Of a DNA stretch of 64,000 nt, positions 39,758-52,071 are shown one piece after another; the stretch's first letter is position 1; the number at the start of each line of letters is the position of its first letter. Both the position numbers and the translations under genes were made by a program. This stretch comes from Octopus sinensis (Eukaryota), in NCBI RefSeq assembly GCF_006345805.1, contig NC_043017.1, positions 16,802,001-16,866,000 of the forward strand, in the 5' to 3' direction. Below the pieces are notes generated by a model. That model did not search any database. It was not told where the DNA came from and worked only from the letters and a program-made list of their open reading frames with translations.

Positions 39758-42700
39758 ATATATATATATTCTACTGAACAATATATTTGGGGGTTGGGTA
39801 GACTGGTGTATTGTGTTTCTGTGTGAACGTGTGTGGGTGTGAACGTGTGTGTGTGTGTGTGTTTGTGTGAACGTGTGTGTGTGTGTGTGCACATGTCAGG
39901 TTTAATACCTAGAACTACACAATTGGCAGGCTTGATAAATAAAAATGAATGATGACAAAAGAAGACAATGAACATAAAATAAAAAGAAAAAACAGGACAA
40001 AAAAAAAAGTGACTTACTTCAGAAAAATAGTGTGGGAGAGAGAGACATTAATTTAGAAATGATTTTTAGGAAACCGTAACAATAACTAGAACATTTCTTC
40101 AGTCTATCTATTAACTTATCTAGTCGCTATCAATAGATAAGTTTTGGTGCAGATTAATTAAGTTCTAATTAAATCAACTGATTTAACTGCGCAACGATCA
40201 TGTGACCTGATCTAATCTAATTAGCTACTTACTAACTACTTAAAGTGTTCCCAGAACACATTGCCATATTAATATTTACCTTTTATTGATTCAGCTTCCT
40301 CAATTTCATCACATTATATGTAAAGGTAGATCAAACAGCTTTGCTGAATTACTTTTACATGCAAAAACTTCAACCATAATCCAAAGTAAATTATCATGTC
40401 TTAAACATTTCGTTTTTGGATTTGGTTTGCAAAGAGAGGCAAAACTATTGAAAAGGTTGCAAGACGCAACGGAAATTTTAGGAAAATAAAAATAAGAAAA
40501 ATTGGAAATTTTACCGGCGAATGTGTTACATAATAAGGCACAAAAAGAAAACTCCCCCCAGACACAACAAAATAGCTTATACAAATATATCAAAATTTGT
40601 TAACATCCTTAGTATTATGGTTGCTACCTTATAGAGTTATAGACATACACTGCCTTCTTCAATAGCTCTGCCCAACGGAGAGAGTATCAAACCATGAGTA
40701 TCAAACTATTAATAGAGTAAAGTAGGAAAACATACTGGGATAGTTTATTATCTTCAGACCTTTTAAACTAAGGAAAATAAACGAGAACAACAAAGAGAGC
40801 AATAAGTGTCACGGAAACTGGACTGAAAAGAAAAGCCACAGGGAATTGTTAGACTTGATCTGATATTTCTACTTTGCAGTCACAATGAGAAAAATAGGTT
40901 CAACTACCTAGAGATACAGGGTGTTGGGGCTAAATTTGATTTTTGTTTTTAATGCTTTCTTTTTTTCATGAACAGCTTGATGTATTGGTGAACAGTCAAT
41001 GGTGTTGGAGAGTATGAAGATTGAAGTCGTGGTTGAGAAAAAGTCAACTGACATGGAAGACTGGAAGCCTTTTGAATATTGGAAAAGAATTGCCAGTATC
41101 ATGATTTATGCCAGGTGCCAAAGATACTGGCATCATGACTGCTGCTCAATGCTCTGTGAAGACTGTAGTAAAAGCTCTGAGGCATGACATGTGACATCAT
41201 GAAAACCAAGCCACCTCAAACTGGGCGTGTCTCCAGTCATGGTGACATCATGCCATCCCACATCTTTGAACAGGGCCCCTTAACCCTTTAGCATTTAGAT
41301 TAATCTAACAAATGTAATGCTTATTGATTTAGCCTCGCCTGGCCCCCGTGCTGGTGGCACATAAACGGCACCATCTGATCGTGGCCGTTTACCAGCCTCG
41401 TCTGGCACCTGTGCCGGTGGCATGTAAAAAGCACCCACTACACTCACGGAGTGGTTGGCGTTAGGAAGGGCATCCAGCCGTAGAAACATTGCCAGATCAG
41501 ACTGGGCCTGGTGCAGCCTTCTGGCTTCCAGACCCCAGTTGAACCGTCCAACCCATGCTAGCATGGAAAGCGGATGCTAAACGGTGATGAAGATGATCCC
41601 AGGCATAATCTAGCTGATTTTCTTTTTTGATTTTTTCAAAGTACTTTATTTTTGGATGACATATTGTTTTCTTTTCCTTTTAAGCAAATTCTCAAATTTA
41701 GTTAAATACCCTGTATATTATGTAACATAAGTTAAATTTGCTTCAAATAGACCTGTCAAATTGTTTTTTCCTTTTTTAATTCCTGTACTTGTCCACAACA
41801 CAACTCATGAATACCAGACAAAAGTTTCTTGGCTGAGCATAAAGAACAACAAAATCCTGCCACACTATTTTAACTACCTACTGATGTCAGCAAAACTTCT
41901 GACTCCATATATCACTGAACCAACTTGAATTGGCAACCAAATCTTCCTCAAACCAAACAGTCATCTTAAAAGAAAGGGACATTTTGTAAGCCTGCTCAAT
42001 CAGGGTTGACCAGAGACTAAAGCCTATTGTTCAAACCAGGACCACTAAAAACATCAAATATAATGATAATCAACAACGTAAAGATATCACAAGCTCAGTA
42101 GGCAAATATAGGTAAGTGAAATCGAAATTGGATTTGAAATCGAACCAAATTCGTCATCTGGCACCCATGCCAACCTCCCTTCATTGGATACTAAACTCTG
42201 CTTGCGAAGACCTGTTGGGGAAATTGAAATTGAACCAAATTCGATGACTGGCACCCATGCCAGTGGAGCACTAACAGCTCCATCCAAGCAGGATCACTGC
42301 CAGAGCAGCTGTCTGGCACGTGAACAAAACATTTGAGCAAGGTCATTGCCAGTGCTGCTGGACTGACTCCTGTGCAGGAGGCATGTAAAAAACACCATTT
42401 TCGAGCGTGACCATTGCCAGTACCACCAGACTGGCCCTTGTGCTAGTGGCACTTTAAAAACACCCACTACACTCTTGGAGTGGTTGGCGTTAGGAATGGC
42501 ATCCAGCTGTAGAAACTCTGCCAGATCAGATTGGAGCCTGGCGCAGCCATCTGGTTCGCCAGTCCTCGGTCGAATCGTCCAACCCATGCTAGCATGGAAA
42601 ACGTTAAACGATGATGATGATGTACACAACACCTGGCACATGTAGAAGACATGGTGAACAAAACAATCCGATGACAACAAACAGAATAGTCACAGGTATC

Positions 42701-43864
42701 ATTTGGGTAACAAAGAAGCTACAGCTTACAATAAGTCACTGCAAGTCAAACTGTGCAATGACAGCCCCAGTCAAGCACAGGCAATAAGGAACGTTAAATC
42801 CAGTGACCACATCTAGGCTTTCAACCAGCTATTCATATGGCAAAGATCTGTTAGCTCAAGGCTGACTATAAGACTATTAGAAAAACAACATTTTGTGCTT
42901 TCCCTGGCATAAAAGCCAAAGTATTTGCCATCCCAAACTGCCTGCACTAGTTGGTCTCTGCACCGATTTATATCTATTACCAACAGGTTAACTCTACAAA
43001 TATCCTTGAATATTTCATTTCTAACTTCAGCCTCAAGGCTACTCACCAGATGGAACTAGAATTTTGTGCTCTCTACTTGTACCTAACATTTTGATCGTTG
43101 CTATGCTCCTTAATGCCATGGGACTCCAGCCCATTCTTCCAGGTCTGGAGATTACAAACTTAGACACATACACATCATCATCATCGTTTAATGTCCATTT
43201 TCCATGCTAGCATGGGTTGGATGGTTCGACCGGGGTCTGGGAAGCCAGGAGGCTGCACCAGGCTCCAGTCTGATCTGGCAATGTTTCTACAGCTGGATAC
43301 CCTTCCTAACGCCAACCACTCCACGAGTGTAGTGGGTGGTTTTTACGTGCCACCGGCACGGAAGCCAGTCAAGGTGGCGCTGGCATATACGAATATATAT
43401 TTATAGAGATATGAATGTGCAGGTGTTTCTATGATTGTCCACATCCCACTAAAATAGGGTCTTCAGATATACTGTCTGCAACAGAATATACAGACACCAG
43501 TAGATACAAAACCAAAATCTTGTGCCAAAAAGAGTGCATGTGTGACTTAGTTCCTGTGTGTTTGTAAAAGATATGAAAAGAAAATTATGTTGCAAATGAG
43601 TAAATTGAACCCATGTTAAACATAGTCTGGAGAATTATAAAGCCTGGTTAGCAGCCCCTAACACCAGAAAGATGGTTTTAATCTATGGAATGTTAAAAAA
43701 AGAAGAATCTAAGCAAATTAGAATGACATTTTGCATGTATTTTTACATGTGTGTAAGCTAAGTTATGTTATGTTATAGATAAGGTAAGATTTTAAAAAAG
43801 TTTTGGAGTTTATTGGAGCAAAAAGAAGAATATGAATTTGATAAAAGTAACAGATGAAAATATA

Positions 43865-44069
43865 TTAACCCCTTTGTTACAATAGTTTTGTCAAAATACA
43901 CTGATTTGTTTTAAATAATTTTAAGAATAATGAAAGATTTAGTAAAATAAATTAATAGCTAGAGTTTAGAACATAAATGAATGTGGAATTTTAAAAGAAC
44001 TTGAAAACAGGAAGTTTGTATCATAGAGCCAGATGTAGTGTGAGGGAGATTGGTAGCAAAAGGGGTTAA
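43865..44069. mobile_element. Diverged piggyBac-type MITE (family 1)
   Basis: TTAACCCCTTTGTTAC ... GTAGCAAAAGGGGTTAA. Confidence 0.75.
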
Positions 44070-44446
44070 CTAAAAGAGGGGTGAGAATACTAACAATAGA
44101 AAAAAAATAAGCAAAATATAGAAAAAAGTGCAAAAATAGAAATTGTTTCAACTAATATTATCATACTAGATTATTATTATTATTACTACTACTACTATTA
44201 CTATTACTACACAATTTTTAAGAGTGTGATATGTAATAAAACACTGATTGATTTTGTTTATTGAACTGAACGATATTTCAACAATATGTCTGTTTTCTTC
44301 AGGTTCAAGATAAGACAAGAATAATGACAATTTAGAAATACACAGGAATGCAGAAATTTTAACAATTAACTGGGATGTCCCACATTGATTCCAAGACCAA
44401 ATAAAAAAAAGAGAGAAAAGTCAAGTTTCACTTGTTTATAACTGGT

Positions 44447-44673
44447 TTAACCCTTTAACGTTCTGATTATTCTATCAAACTCTTAGTAAAAAAAAATATA
44501 GGCGCAGGAGTGGCTGTGTGGTAAGTAGCTTGCTTACCAACCACATGGTTCCGGGTTCAGTCCCACTGCGTGGCATCTTGGGCAAGTGTCTTCTACTATA
44601 GCTCCGGGCCGACCAAAGCCTTGTGAGTGGATTTGGTAGACGGAAACTGAAAGAAGCCCATTGTATATATATG

Positions 44674-44706
<33 letters not shown>

Positions 44707-45111
44707 ATATGTTTGTGTGTCTGTATTTGTCCCCCTAGCATTGCTTGACAACCGATGTTGGTGTGTTTACATCCCCGTCACTTAGCGGTTCGGCAAAAGG
44801 GACCGATAGAATAAGTACTGGGCTTACAAAGAATAAGTTCCGGGGTCGATTTGCTCGACTAAAGGCGGTGCTCCAGCATGGCCGCAGTCAAATGACTGAA
44901 ACAAATAAAAGAGTAAACATAATGCTTATTGATTCCCATTAATTTGAATTAATCATGCATTATCTCATATCTTCAAGATCTTGATGGTGTAATTACTTAA
45001 TGTAGAATAACATTGTAGGGTAGGTGTGAGAGCCTGGATCTGGTCAGTTTGAACATAAAACAGATTAGCTATTTTGGCCGGATATGGCCGGTTTAAATAC
45101 TAAAGGGTTAA
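44447..45111. mobile_element. piggyBac-type MITE (family 2) interrupted by a family A SINE (44501-44913)
   Basis: TTAACCCTTTA ... TAAAGGGTTAA termini. A related 5' fragment is at 41280-41330. Confidence 0.75.
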
Positions 45112-45430
45112 ACAAGAAGGAAAAGAAAAAAGAGAAGAGAACTCTTAGTAAAAAAAGTTTTGTATAAATTTGATGGATCTCTCCTCCTGTCCTTCTGTTC
45201 ATCCTTCCAATGTAGGATGCCAGTAACTCACAATTATATTTATCTTCATGGGTCTTCAAAACTGAAAATTCAATGGAGTCAGAATATTTTTCTGAGTGAG
45301 TGCTCATCAAAGTTACAGCTGTTTGTAGTAAAATGCCCAGCAAGTTCTGCCAAAGTATTTGTAAGTTAGAAGCATCCTAAACTGGAGCAACAAACCAAAT
45401 AACAAAAGAGAGTTCTATCAGATTTATACA

Positions 45431-47121
45431 GGCGCAGGAGTGGCTGTGTGGTAAGTAGCTTGTTTACCAATCACATGGTTCCGGGTTCAGTCCCACTGCA
45501 TGGCATCTTGGGCAAGTGTCTTCTACTATAGCCCCGGGCCGACCAAAGCCTTGCGAGTGGATTTGGTAGACGGAAACTGAAAGAAGCACGTCGTATGTAT
45601 GTATATATATATATTCGTGTGTGTGTTTATGTGTCTGTTTGTCCCCCAACCAATGCTGGTGTGTTTACGTACCAGTTACTTAGCGGTTCGGCAAAAGAGA
45701 CCGATAGAATAAGTACTGGGCTTACAAAAAGAATAAGTCCCGGGGTCGAGTTGCTCGATTAAAGGTGGTGCTCCAGCATGGCCGCAGTCAAACGACTGAA
45801 ACAAGTAAAAGAGTAAAAACAGTTTGAGTAAAAGTTCTCTCCTCTTTTATTTTTTCATGAACAAGACAAACATGACGACTTCCTTTTTTTTTTTTCTTTT
45901 TTGTTGAGAGGAATGCTGGATAATCTCTGCATTTCTATGTATTTTCCACTAGTCTTATCTTATTTTGAACCTTAAGGGAGACAGACATAACGTTGAAATA
46001 TTGTTCAGTTCAATAAACAAAGTCAATCAGTGTTTTACAATATATCACACTCTTTTAATTGTGTATTTATCTTCATGAAGAGTTACATCAATCTTCATAA
46101 ATTATCATTATTATTATTATTATTGTTGTTATTGGTAGAATCATTAGAGTGTTGGTCAAAATGCCTAGCGAGATTTGGTATTAGCCAATCTATGATTTGA
46201 TTTCAAATCCATCTGAGCTCCATTTTGCTTTTCAGGCTCAATAAAATAGAGGACCAGTCAAGTACTGTGATAAAGTATCAACTGACCCTCACCTCTTAAA
46301 ATTGTAGGCTTTGTGCCTGAATCGAAAAGCATTTCCTAAATTTGCCTTTCTTTTGCTTTAGGTTTTCATAGAAAACATACATCAGGTCTTTTGCCAGTTC
46401 CAGAAAATTTTCGATTATATATTTTTCTGTATTTTTTTGTTTAAACATAAAGATGGCCTGCGCATGATTAAATGGGGATGCTGAAGTCAAAGACCATTCG
46501 ATGTGATGCTGAACTGCTTCCATTAAAAGTAGAAAAAGAATACAAAAAAGAATAAACGGTAACAAAACCAACAACATAAGCTTCAACAGTAACAGTTGCA
46601 ACAAAAATGGTGCCAACAGTAACATAAACAAGAACAGCAACATCTGCCACCATCATCATCATCATCACAAAACTATAAGAAGAAAAACAACAGCAACATA
46701 ACAAGGACAGCCTCACCAACAGTAATGATGACAAATCCATAAAGGAAAGAAAAAAAAAACAGGAGTGGCTGTGTGGTAAGTAGCTTGTTTACCAACCACA
46801 TGGTTCCGGGTTCAGTCCCACTGCGTGGCACCTTGGGCAAGTGTCTTCTACTATAGCCTCGGGCCGACCAAAGCCTTGTGAATGGATTTGGTAGATGGAA
46901 ACTGAAAGAAGCCTGTCGTATATATGTATATATATATATGTATGTATGTGTATGTTTGTGTGTCTGTCCCCCTAGCATTGCTTGACAACCAATGCTGGTG
47001 TGTTTACGCCCCCGTCACTTAGCGGTTTGGCAAAAGAGACCGATAGAATAAGTACTAGGCTAAAGGCGGTGCTCCAGCATGGTCGCAGTCAAATGACTGA
47101 AACAAGTAAAAGAGTAAAGAG
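45431..47121 (+). mobile_element. Two SINE family A copies (45431-45817, 46760-47121)
   Basis: Full head/core/tail in both. Confidence 0.9.
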
Positions 47122-48419
47122 TATGTATGTTACAGACCAATGCACTTTGCATCCTCTCAAAGGAAAAGCTGATGGGATTTAAAAACATGAGAACAATATC
47201 AACCATCTCGGAATGGTATTGCTCTCAGAAGAGGAATTTTGGTTAATAAAACGGAACCATTATTTACAAGTGCATCAATTGCACAAGGACAAAAAAGCCA
47301 CAATAATTTATCCCCAACCGAAATTGAGAAATGTCTGGAAGAGGGGTGGCCTTCTGGAGTGTACCTAACAGAAGAAAGCAACAGGGCAACAGTTTTCACC
47401 TCAATAGACGTCATTGATTGGTTGAAATTGCCGAAATGCAAGAAAATAAACAACAAATATCTTACAAACTACAGAATTTTCTCAAGAAAGCCAAGAGAAA
47501 AAGATGTTCTATAAACACATTCTGCCAGTATATGAAGTTTAAAAGTGTTTAGTTACAAAGAAATTATTTTAAAAATCTGCCAGTCAAGGCGAAAAGATCC
47601 GGCATAAGGCCAGAAATTTTAGGGGACAAGGCTGAGTAATTGCACAAATTCCAGTACTCAACTGATACTTATTCTATCGACCCCAAAAGGATGAAAGACA
47701 GAATCAATCTTGACAGAATTTAAACTCAGATCTTTAAGATGAATGAAAGGCTGCAAGCATTTTGTCTGGCATGCTAACAATCCTGCCAGCTTATAACCTT
47801 AATAATAATAATAATAATAATAATAATATTATCGTTGTTTAACGTCCGCTTTCTATGCTAGCATGGGTTGGACGATTTTGACTGAGGGCTGGCGAACCAG
47901 ATGGCTGCGCCAGGCTCCAATCTTGATCTGGCAGAGTTTCTACAGCTGGATGCCCTTCCTAACGCCAACCACTCTGAGAGTGTAGTAGTAATAATAATAA
48001 TAATAATAATAATAATGGTTTCAAATTTTGGCACAATGCTAGCAGTTTGGGAGATTTAGGGGGAGGAATAAGTCAGCTATATTGACCCCAGTGTTCAGCT
48101 GGTACTTATTTCACTGACCTCAAAAGGATGAAAGGCAAAATTGACTTTGGTAGAATTTGAACTCAGAGCATGAAAATGGATGAACTGCTGCTCGCCACCT
48201 TAATTATTAATCCTTTCTACTATAGGCACAAGGTCTGAAACTTTAGGGAAGGGAGCTAGTTGATTACATCACCCGCAGTATGTACCTGGTACTTATCAAT
48301 CCTGAAAGACAATGTTGACCTTGGCGGAATTTGAACTCAAGAACACAAAGACACACGGAATGCTACTAAACATTTTGTCCACTGTACTAATAATTCTGCC
48401 AGCTCACCATCTAAATAAT

Positions 48420-49560
48420 AATAGCAATACCAAATATATCGTATGATAATAGAGTGGATAAAGTAAAAAAAAATTGCGAAAAATCAGGACCGAGATGGAG
48501 AGATTGTGGAAGATGACAATTATTTCAGTGGTGATTGGTGCACTTGGCAGAACACCAAAAAATGCTACCGAAAACACTGAAGGATACTGGAATTGAGGCT
48601 CATGCTGCCAACCTGCAGAAATGTGCAACCCTGTATTCTGCGAGAATCCTAAGAAAGATTGTTAAGATTTGAAAAGACTTGTTGTATATCAAACCTCAAG
48701 AAAACATCACTGCTAATATATCATGATGATGATGATGATGATTATGATGATGGTGTTGATGATGATGATGATGATTATGATGATGATGATGATGATGATG
48801 ATTATGATGATGATGATGATGATTATTATGATGATTGATGATGATGATGATGATGATCCTTTCTGTTAAAGGTACAAGGCCTGAAATTTTGGGTGAGGGG
48901 ACTAGTCAATTATATCGACCCCAGTGTTTCACTGGTACTTATGTTATTGACCTTGAAAGAATGAAAGGCAAAGTCGACTCCAGCAGAATTTGAACTCAAA
49001 ACATAAAGACGGACAAAATGCCATTAAGCAGTTTGCCCAGTGTGCTAATGAATCGGCCAGCTCACCGCCTTAACGATAATAATCATAATAAAATGCAGTG
49101 AGATGTCAGTCGAGTGTGGGGTTTCGAAATAGAAGAAAAGTGGTAGAAACAATAACCTGAAGGCTGCGATAGAGAATGATAACTACAAGATTTTATGGGA
49201 TTTCTCCATAAAGACTGACCATAATATTGAAGAAGGCTGGATGTGAGGGTGAAGGAGCAAAGAAAGAAAGAAAAACAGTCTAAGATCATAGACTTTGCTA
49301 AGCCATATCATAATAGAGTGGATACCAAAGGAATTGATACGAGTGAGAATTATCAGGCCCTAGCTGGAGATGAATGGAGTGAGGAAGTTATTCTAGGGGT
49401 GACAGTTATTCTAGGGGTAAATGGTGCTCTTGACACAACACTCAAACTGCTACCTAAGAAGCTCAAAGAATTGAGCTCAGCATCATCAAACTACAGAAAA
49501 GTGCAATCCTGTATTCTGCAAGACGCTTAAGAGAGGTTCTTGAGATCTGAGAAGATTTAT
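48420..49560 (+). mobile_element. Two 3' fragments of an RLE-type LINE (Dong/R4-like) separated by (GAT)n and a SINE
   Basis: ENDNYKILWDFSIKTDHNIE, KIIDFAKPYHNRVDTK, MERLWKMTIISVVIGALG and LQKCATLYSARILRKIV*. Both are followed by (AAT)n or (GAT)n tracts. Confidence 0.75.
48720..48860. repeat. (GAT)n microsatellite; another at 57190-57265; (ACA)n-derived tract at 34640-34790
   Basis: Direct reading of the sequence. Confidence 0.95.
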
Positions 49561-49747
49561 CACCAAACCTCAAGACAACATCCCTGATTGACTAATATAG
49601 CTTGTAATAGATTTAATAATAATAATAATAATGATAATAATAATAGTAATAATAATTACAACACCAAAACAACTACTACAACATTAAAAATAATAAGGAT
49701 AATAATCTGAATTAGAAGGAAAATAGAAGTCAAATCTATGTACTTAC

Positions 49748-49789
49748 CATTACCTGCTAAATATCTATTCCTTGCACTTATATTTGATC
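49748..49789 (-). CDS. Short internal coding exon (42 nt, phase 1-1): GSNISARNRYLAGN; alternative donor gives 36 nt
   Basis: Long pyrimidine tract ending ttaactgcAG and donor G|GTAAGTA, with a second donor CAG|GTAATG 6 nt upstream. The frame is open and the phase matches both flanking exons. Confidence 0.75.
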
Positions 49790-49964
49790 CTGCAGTTAAC
49801 AAGGGAAAATAAAAGAAATGAACAGGAAAATATAAAGTTCTATGATATAAAATCATTTAACTGTTTTGTAAAATGTCTTACGAAAACAAGAGAAAGTATA
49901 ACCATTAAGAACTAGAATCCTAAAGAAATGACATCACTTGTATGGTGATGATGAGGTTCGTTTA

Positions 49965-50003
<39 letters not shown>

Positions 50004-51747
50004 GAGCTTCTTTTCGTCTCCCGTCTACCAAATCCCCCTCACAAGGCTATTCAACTTTTTAAGCACACAGCTATGCTTACACCTGTACCATACCTGCAGC
50101 TATTGTTTTCCGTTAACTGATGATTAAAATATAATTAACCTGTCATGCTGTATTCCCACTATGGCAGACCAGCTGACTGTACATCATCTCCGCTAGGTTC
50201 TCAGTAAAGTGGTAACGAACAACCGACTCAGAAAAAGAAGATGCAACTCATTCCATCCGTTCGTTTGCCTGCAATTGTTATTCTTGGATTGCATATGCAA
50301 CTATTTATATTTTTGCTCAGGGGCCCAGGTGGAAGGTAAAGTTAGACACACGGACACAGAGACCAGCATGAGTAGAACTATTTAATTTCTAACCAATTTT
50401 ATCACTCTATGCCAACAAGTCTCTTGACTTACTAGAAATAATAGCCAAATCTCTTGCAAATAATACTTTGCCATCTTAAAACGAGGAAGAACATATTGGT
50501 CACTGCCATTTCTGATAAGCCAAAAAAAAACAGAAAAAGAAAGAAATGGGAATGCTATAATCAGAAGTTTGCTAAACCAAAGATGAGCCAAGCTTAACAA
50601 CAACAACAATATACATTTTGACTTACTTGCATAGGGAAGTGCTGGTCACTTAAAGTGGACGGGGCTCGAGGAAGAGGGAGAGCCAAAAGACATGGGGTGA
50701 AGTATTGAAGACGGATTTCAAGATGCTGAGCCTTACAGAGGAGATTAGAAAGGACCGAGATGGTTGGCATTTTGCTGCGCTTGAGAAAACCTTTCCATAA
50801 CAGCAAAACCGATCCCCTAAAAACCATCTGGTTATGCTTGTATGTGCAGGGCCCGGTCATCCTGCCACTCTCCCATCTCCTGCATATCAAGCATCCCCAC
50901 CTACCATCTATGGTAAATACTACATGGCTGCTGTACTCACTTGAGAGTACAGCACTTGAGTACTTGCACATGTTACATCACATCCCCTCCCACAAACAAT
51001 CTCTCCCTGCCCATCCCCAGAACTACTTCCAGTCTTCATCATCTCTGCCCACACCATTTCATGCAATCATCTTCTTTCTCTGCCTCCATCCTCCGTTCTC
51101 ATCTCCTATTCTCCATTCTAAATACTTCTCTTATCTGCTATCATTCTAAATGGCCCCCCATATCTGCCATCATGATCCACTTACTATAAGTCCCTTACAT
51201 ATCTTTCTACCACTTTCTGTTCTAGTTTCCTTCCTGAGCTGCTCCAAGGCGGCCAGCTGGCAGAATCGTTAGCACGCCAGACGAAATGCTTAGAGGTATT
51301 TCGTCTGCTGTTATGTTCTGAGTTCAAATTCCGCCGAGGTCAGCTTTGCCTTGCCTCGTTTAGGGGTCGATAAATAAAGTACCAGTTACGCACTGGGGTC
51401 GATGTAATCGACTTAATCCATTTGTCTGTCCTTGTTTGTCCCCTCTATGTTTAGTCCCTTGTGGGCAATAAAGAAATATACCTCCCACCTCACCCCCCCT
51501 ACATTTTCCATCATCTTCACCCCCCCCCCAAGCTTGTTCATCACCTCACTACATTAACTTCCACATCCACCTCTTTATTCCATCCTCAAATTCCTATGAA
51601 AGCATCTTCCTTGAGAGTTTGCTCTGGCACCCCATCCCTACCTTCCTCCCGTTGCCTTCAATCACATATCTTTTCTATAGCAAGACACCTGTATTTGTCA
51701 TCACTCTATCACACACTGGCCCCTTCAACACCTGGCATACAGTCACT

Positions 51748-52071
51748 GGTACTACTAGCGAACAGTGGTCCCGGTGCACGCACTCGCGCATCCGTGCTAG
51801 CTAGTCGTAAGTAGTCGATCCTAAAATGACTTGCACGTATGTTTGTATTTCAAGGCTGAATCCATATCAAGGGAAATTAAGTAATATTTTTCGAACAAAG
51901 TAAATAAAACGCAAAGTTAAAAATTTTTTAAACTAAGTAAATAAATTATTTTTAGAAACAAACTAAGGTTAGGGTTAAAAAATTAGGTTTAGGGTTAAGG
52001 TTAAAAAGTTCGTTGTAGGATCGACTACTTACGACCAGCGCGCACCGGGACCACTGTTCGCTAGTAGTACG
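51748..52071. mobile_element. 324-bp MITE with long imperfect TIRs, 8-bp TSD and telomere-like GGTTAG repeats (Merlin- or hAT-like)
   Basis: TSD CAGTCACT at 51740-51747 and 52072-52079. TIR GTACTACTAGCGAACAGTGGTCCCGGTGC plus inner GTCGTAAGTAGTCGATCCTA. Confidence 0.8.

Noticed and set aside
43047-43055. Possible 9-nt phase-1 microexon (TAG|TTCCATCTG|GTGAGT) on the minus strand
   Set aside because: No pyrimidine tract, and it sits in what looks like decayed LINE sequence. Expected by chance.
45228-45346. Minus-strand exon-like segment with branch point TTCTAAC and GTGAGT donor
   Set aside because: It has a stop codon in the gene's phase and an asymmetric length. No further support.
51960-52005. 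Interstitial telomere or chromosome fusion site
   Set aside because: The repeats are few, degenerate and enclosed within a TIR/TSD-bounded MITE.
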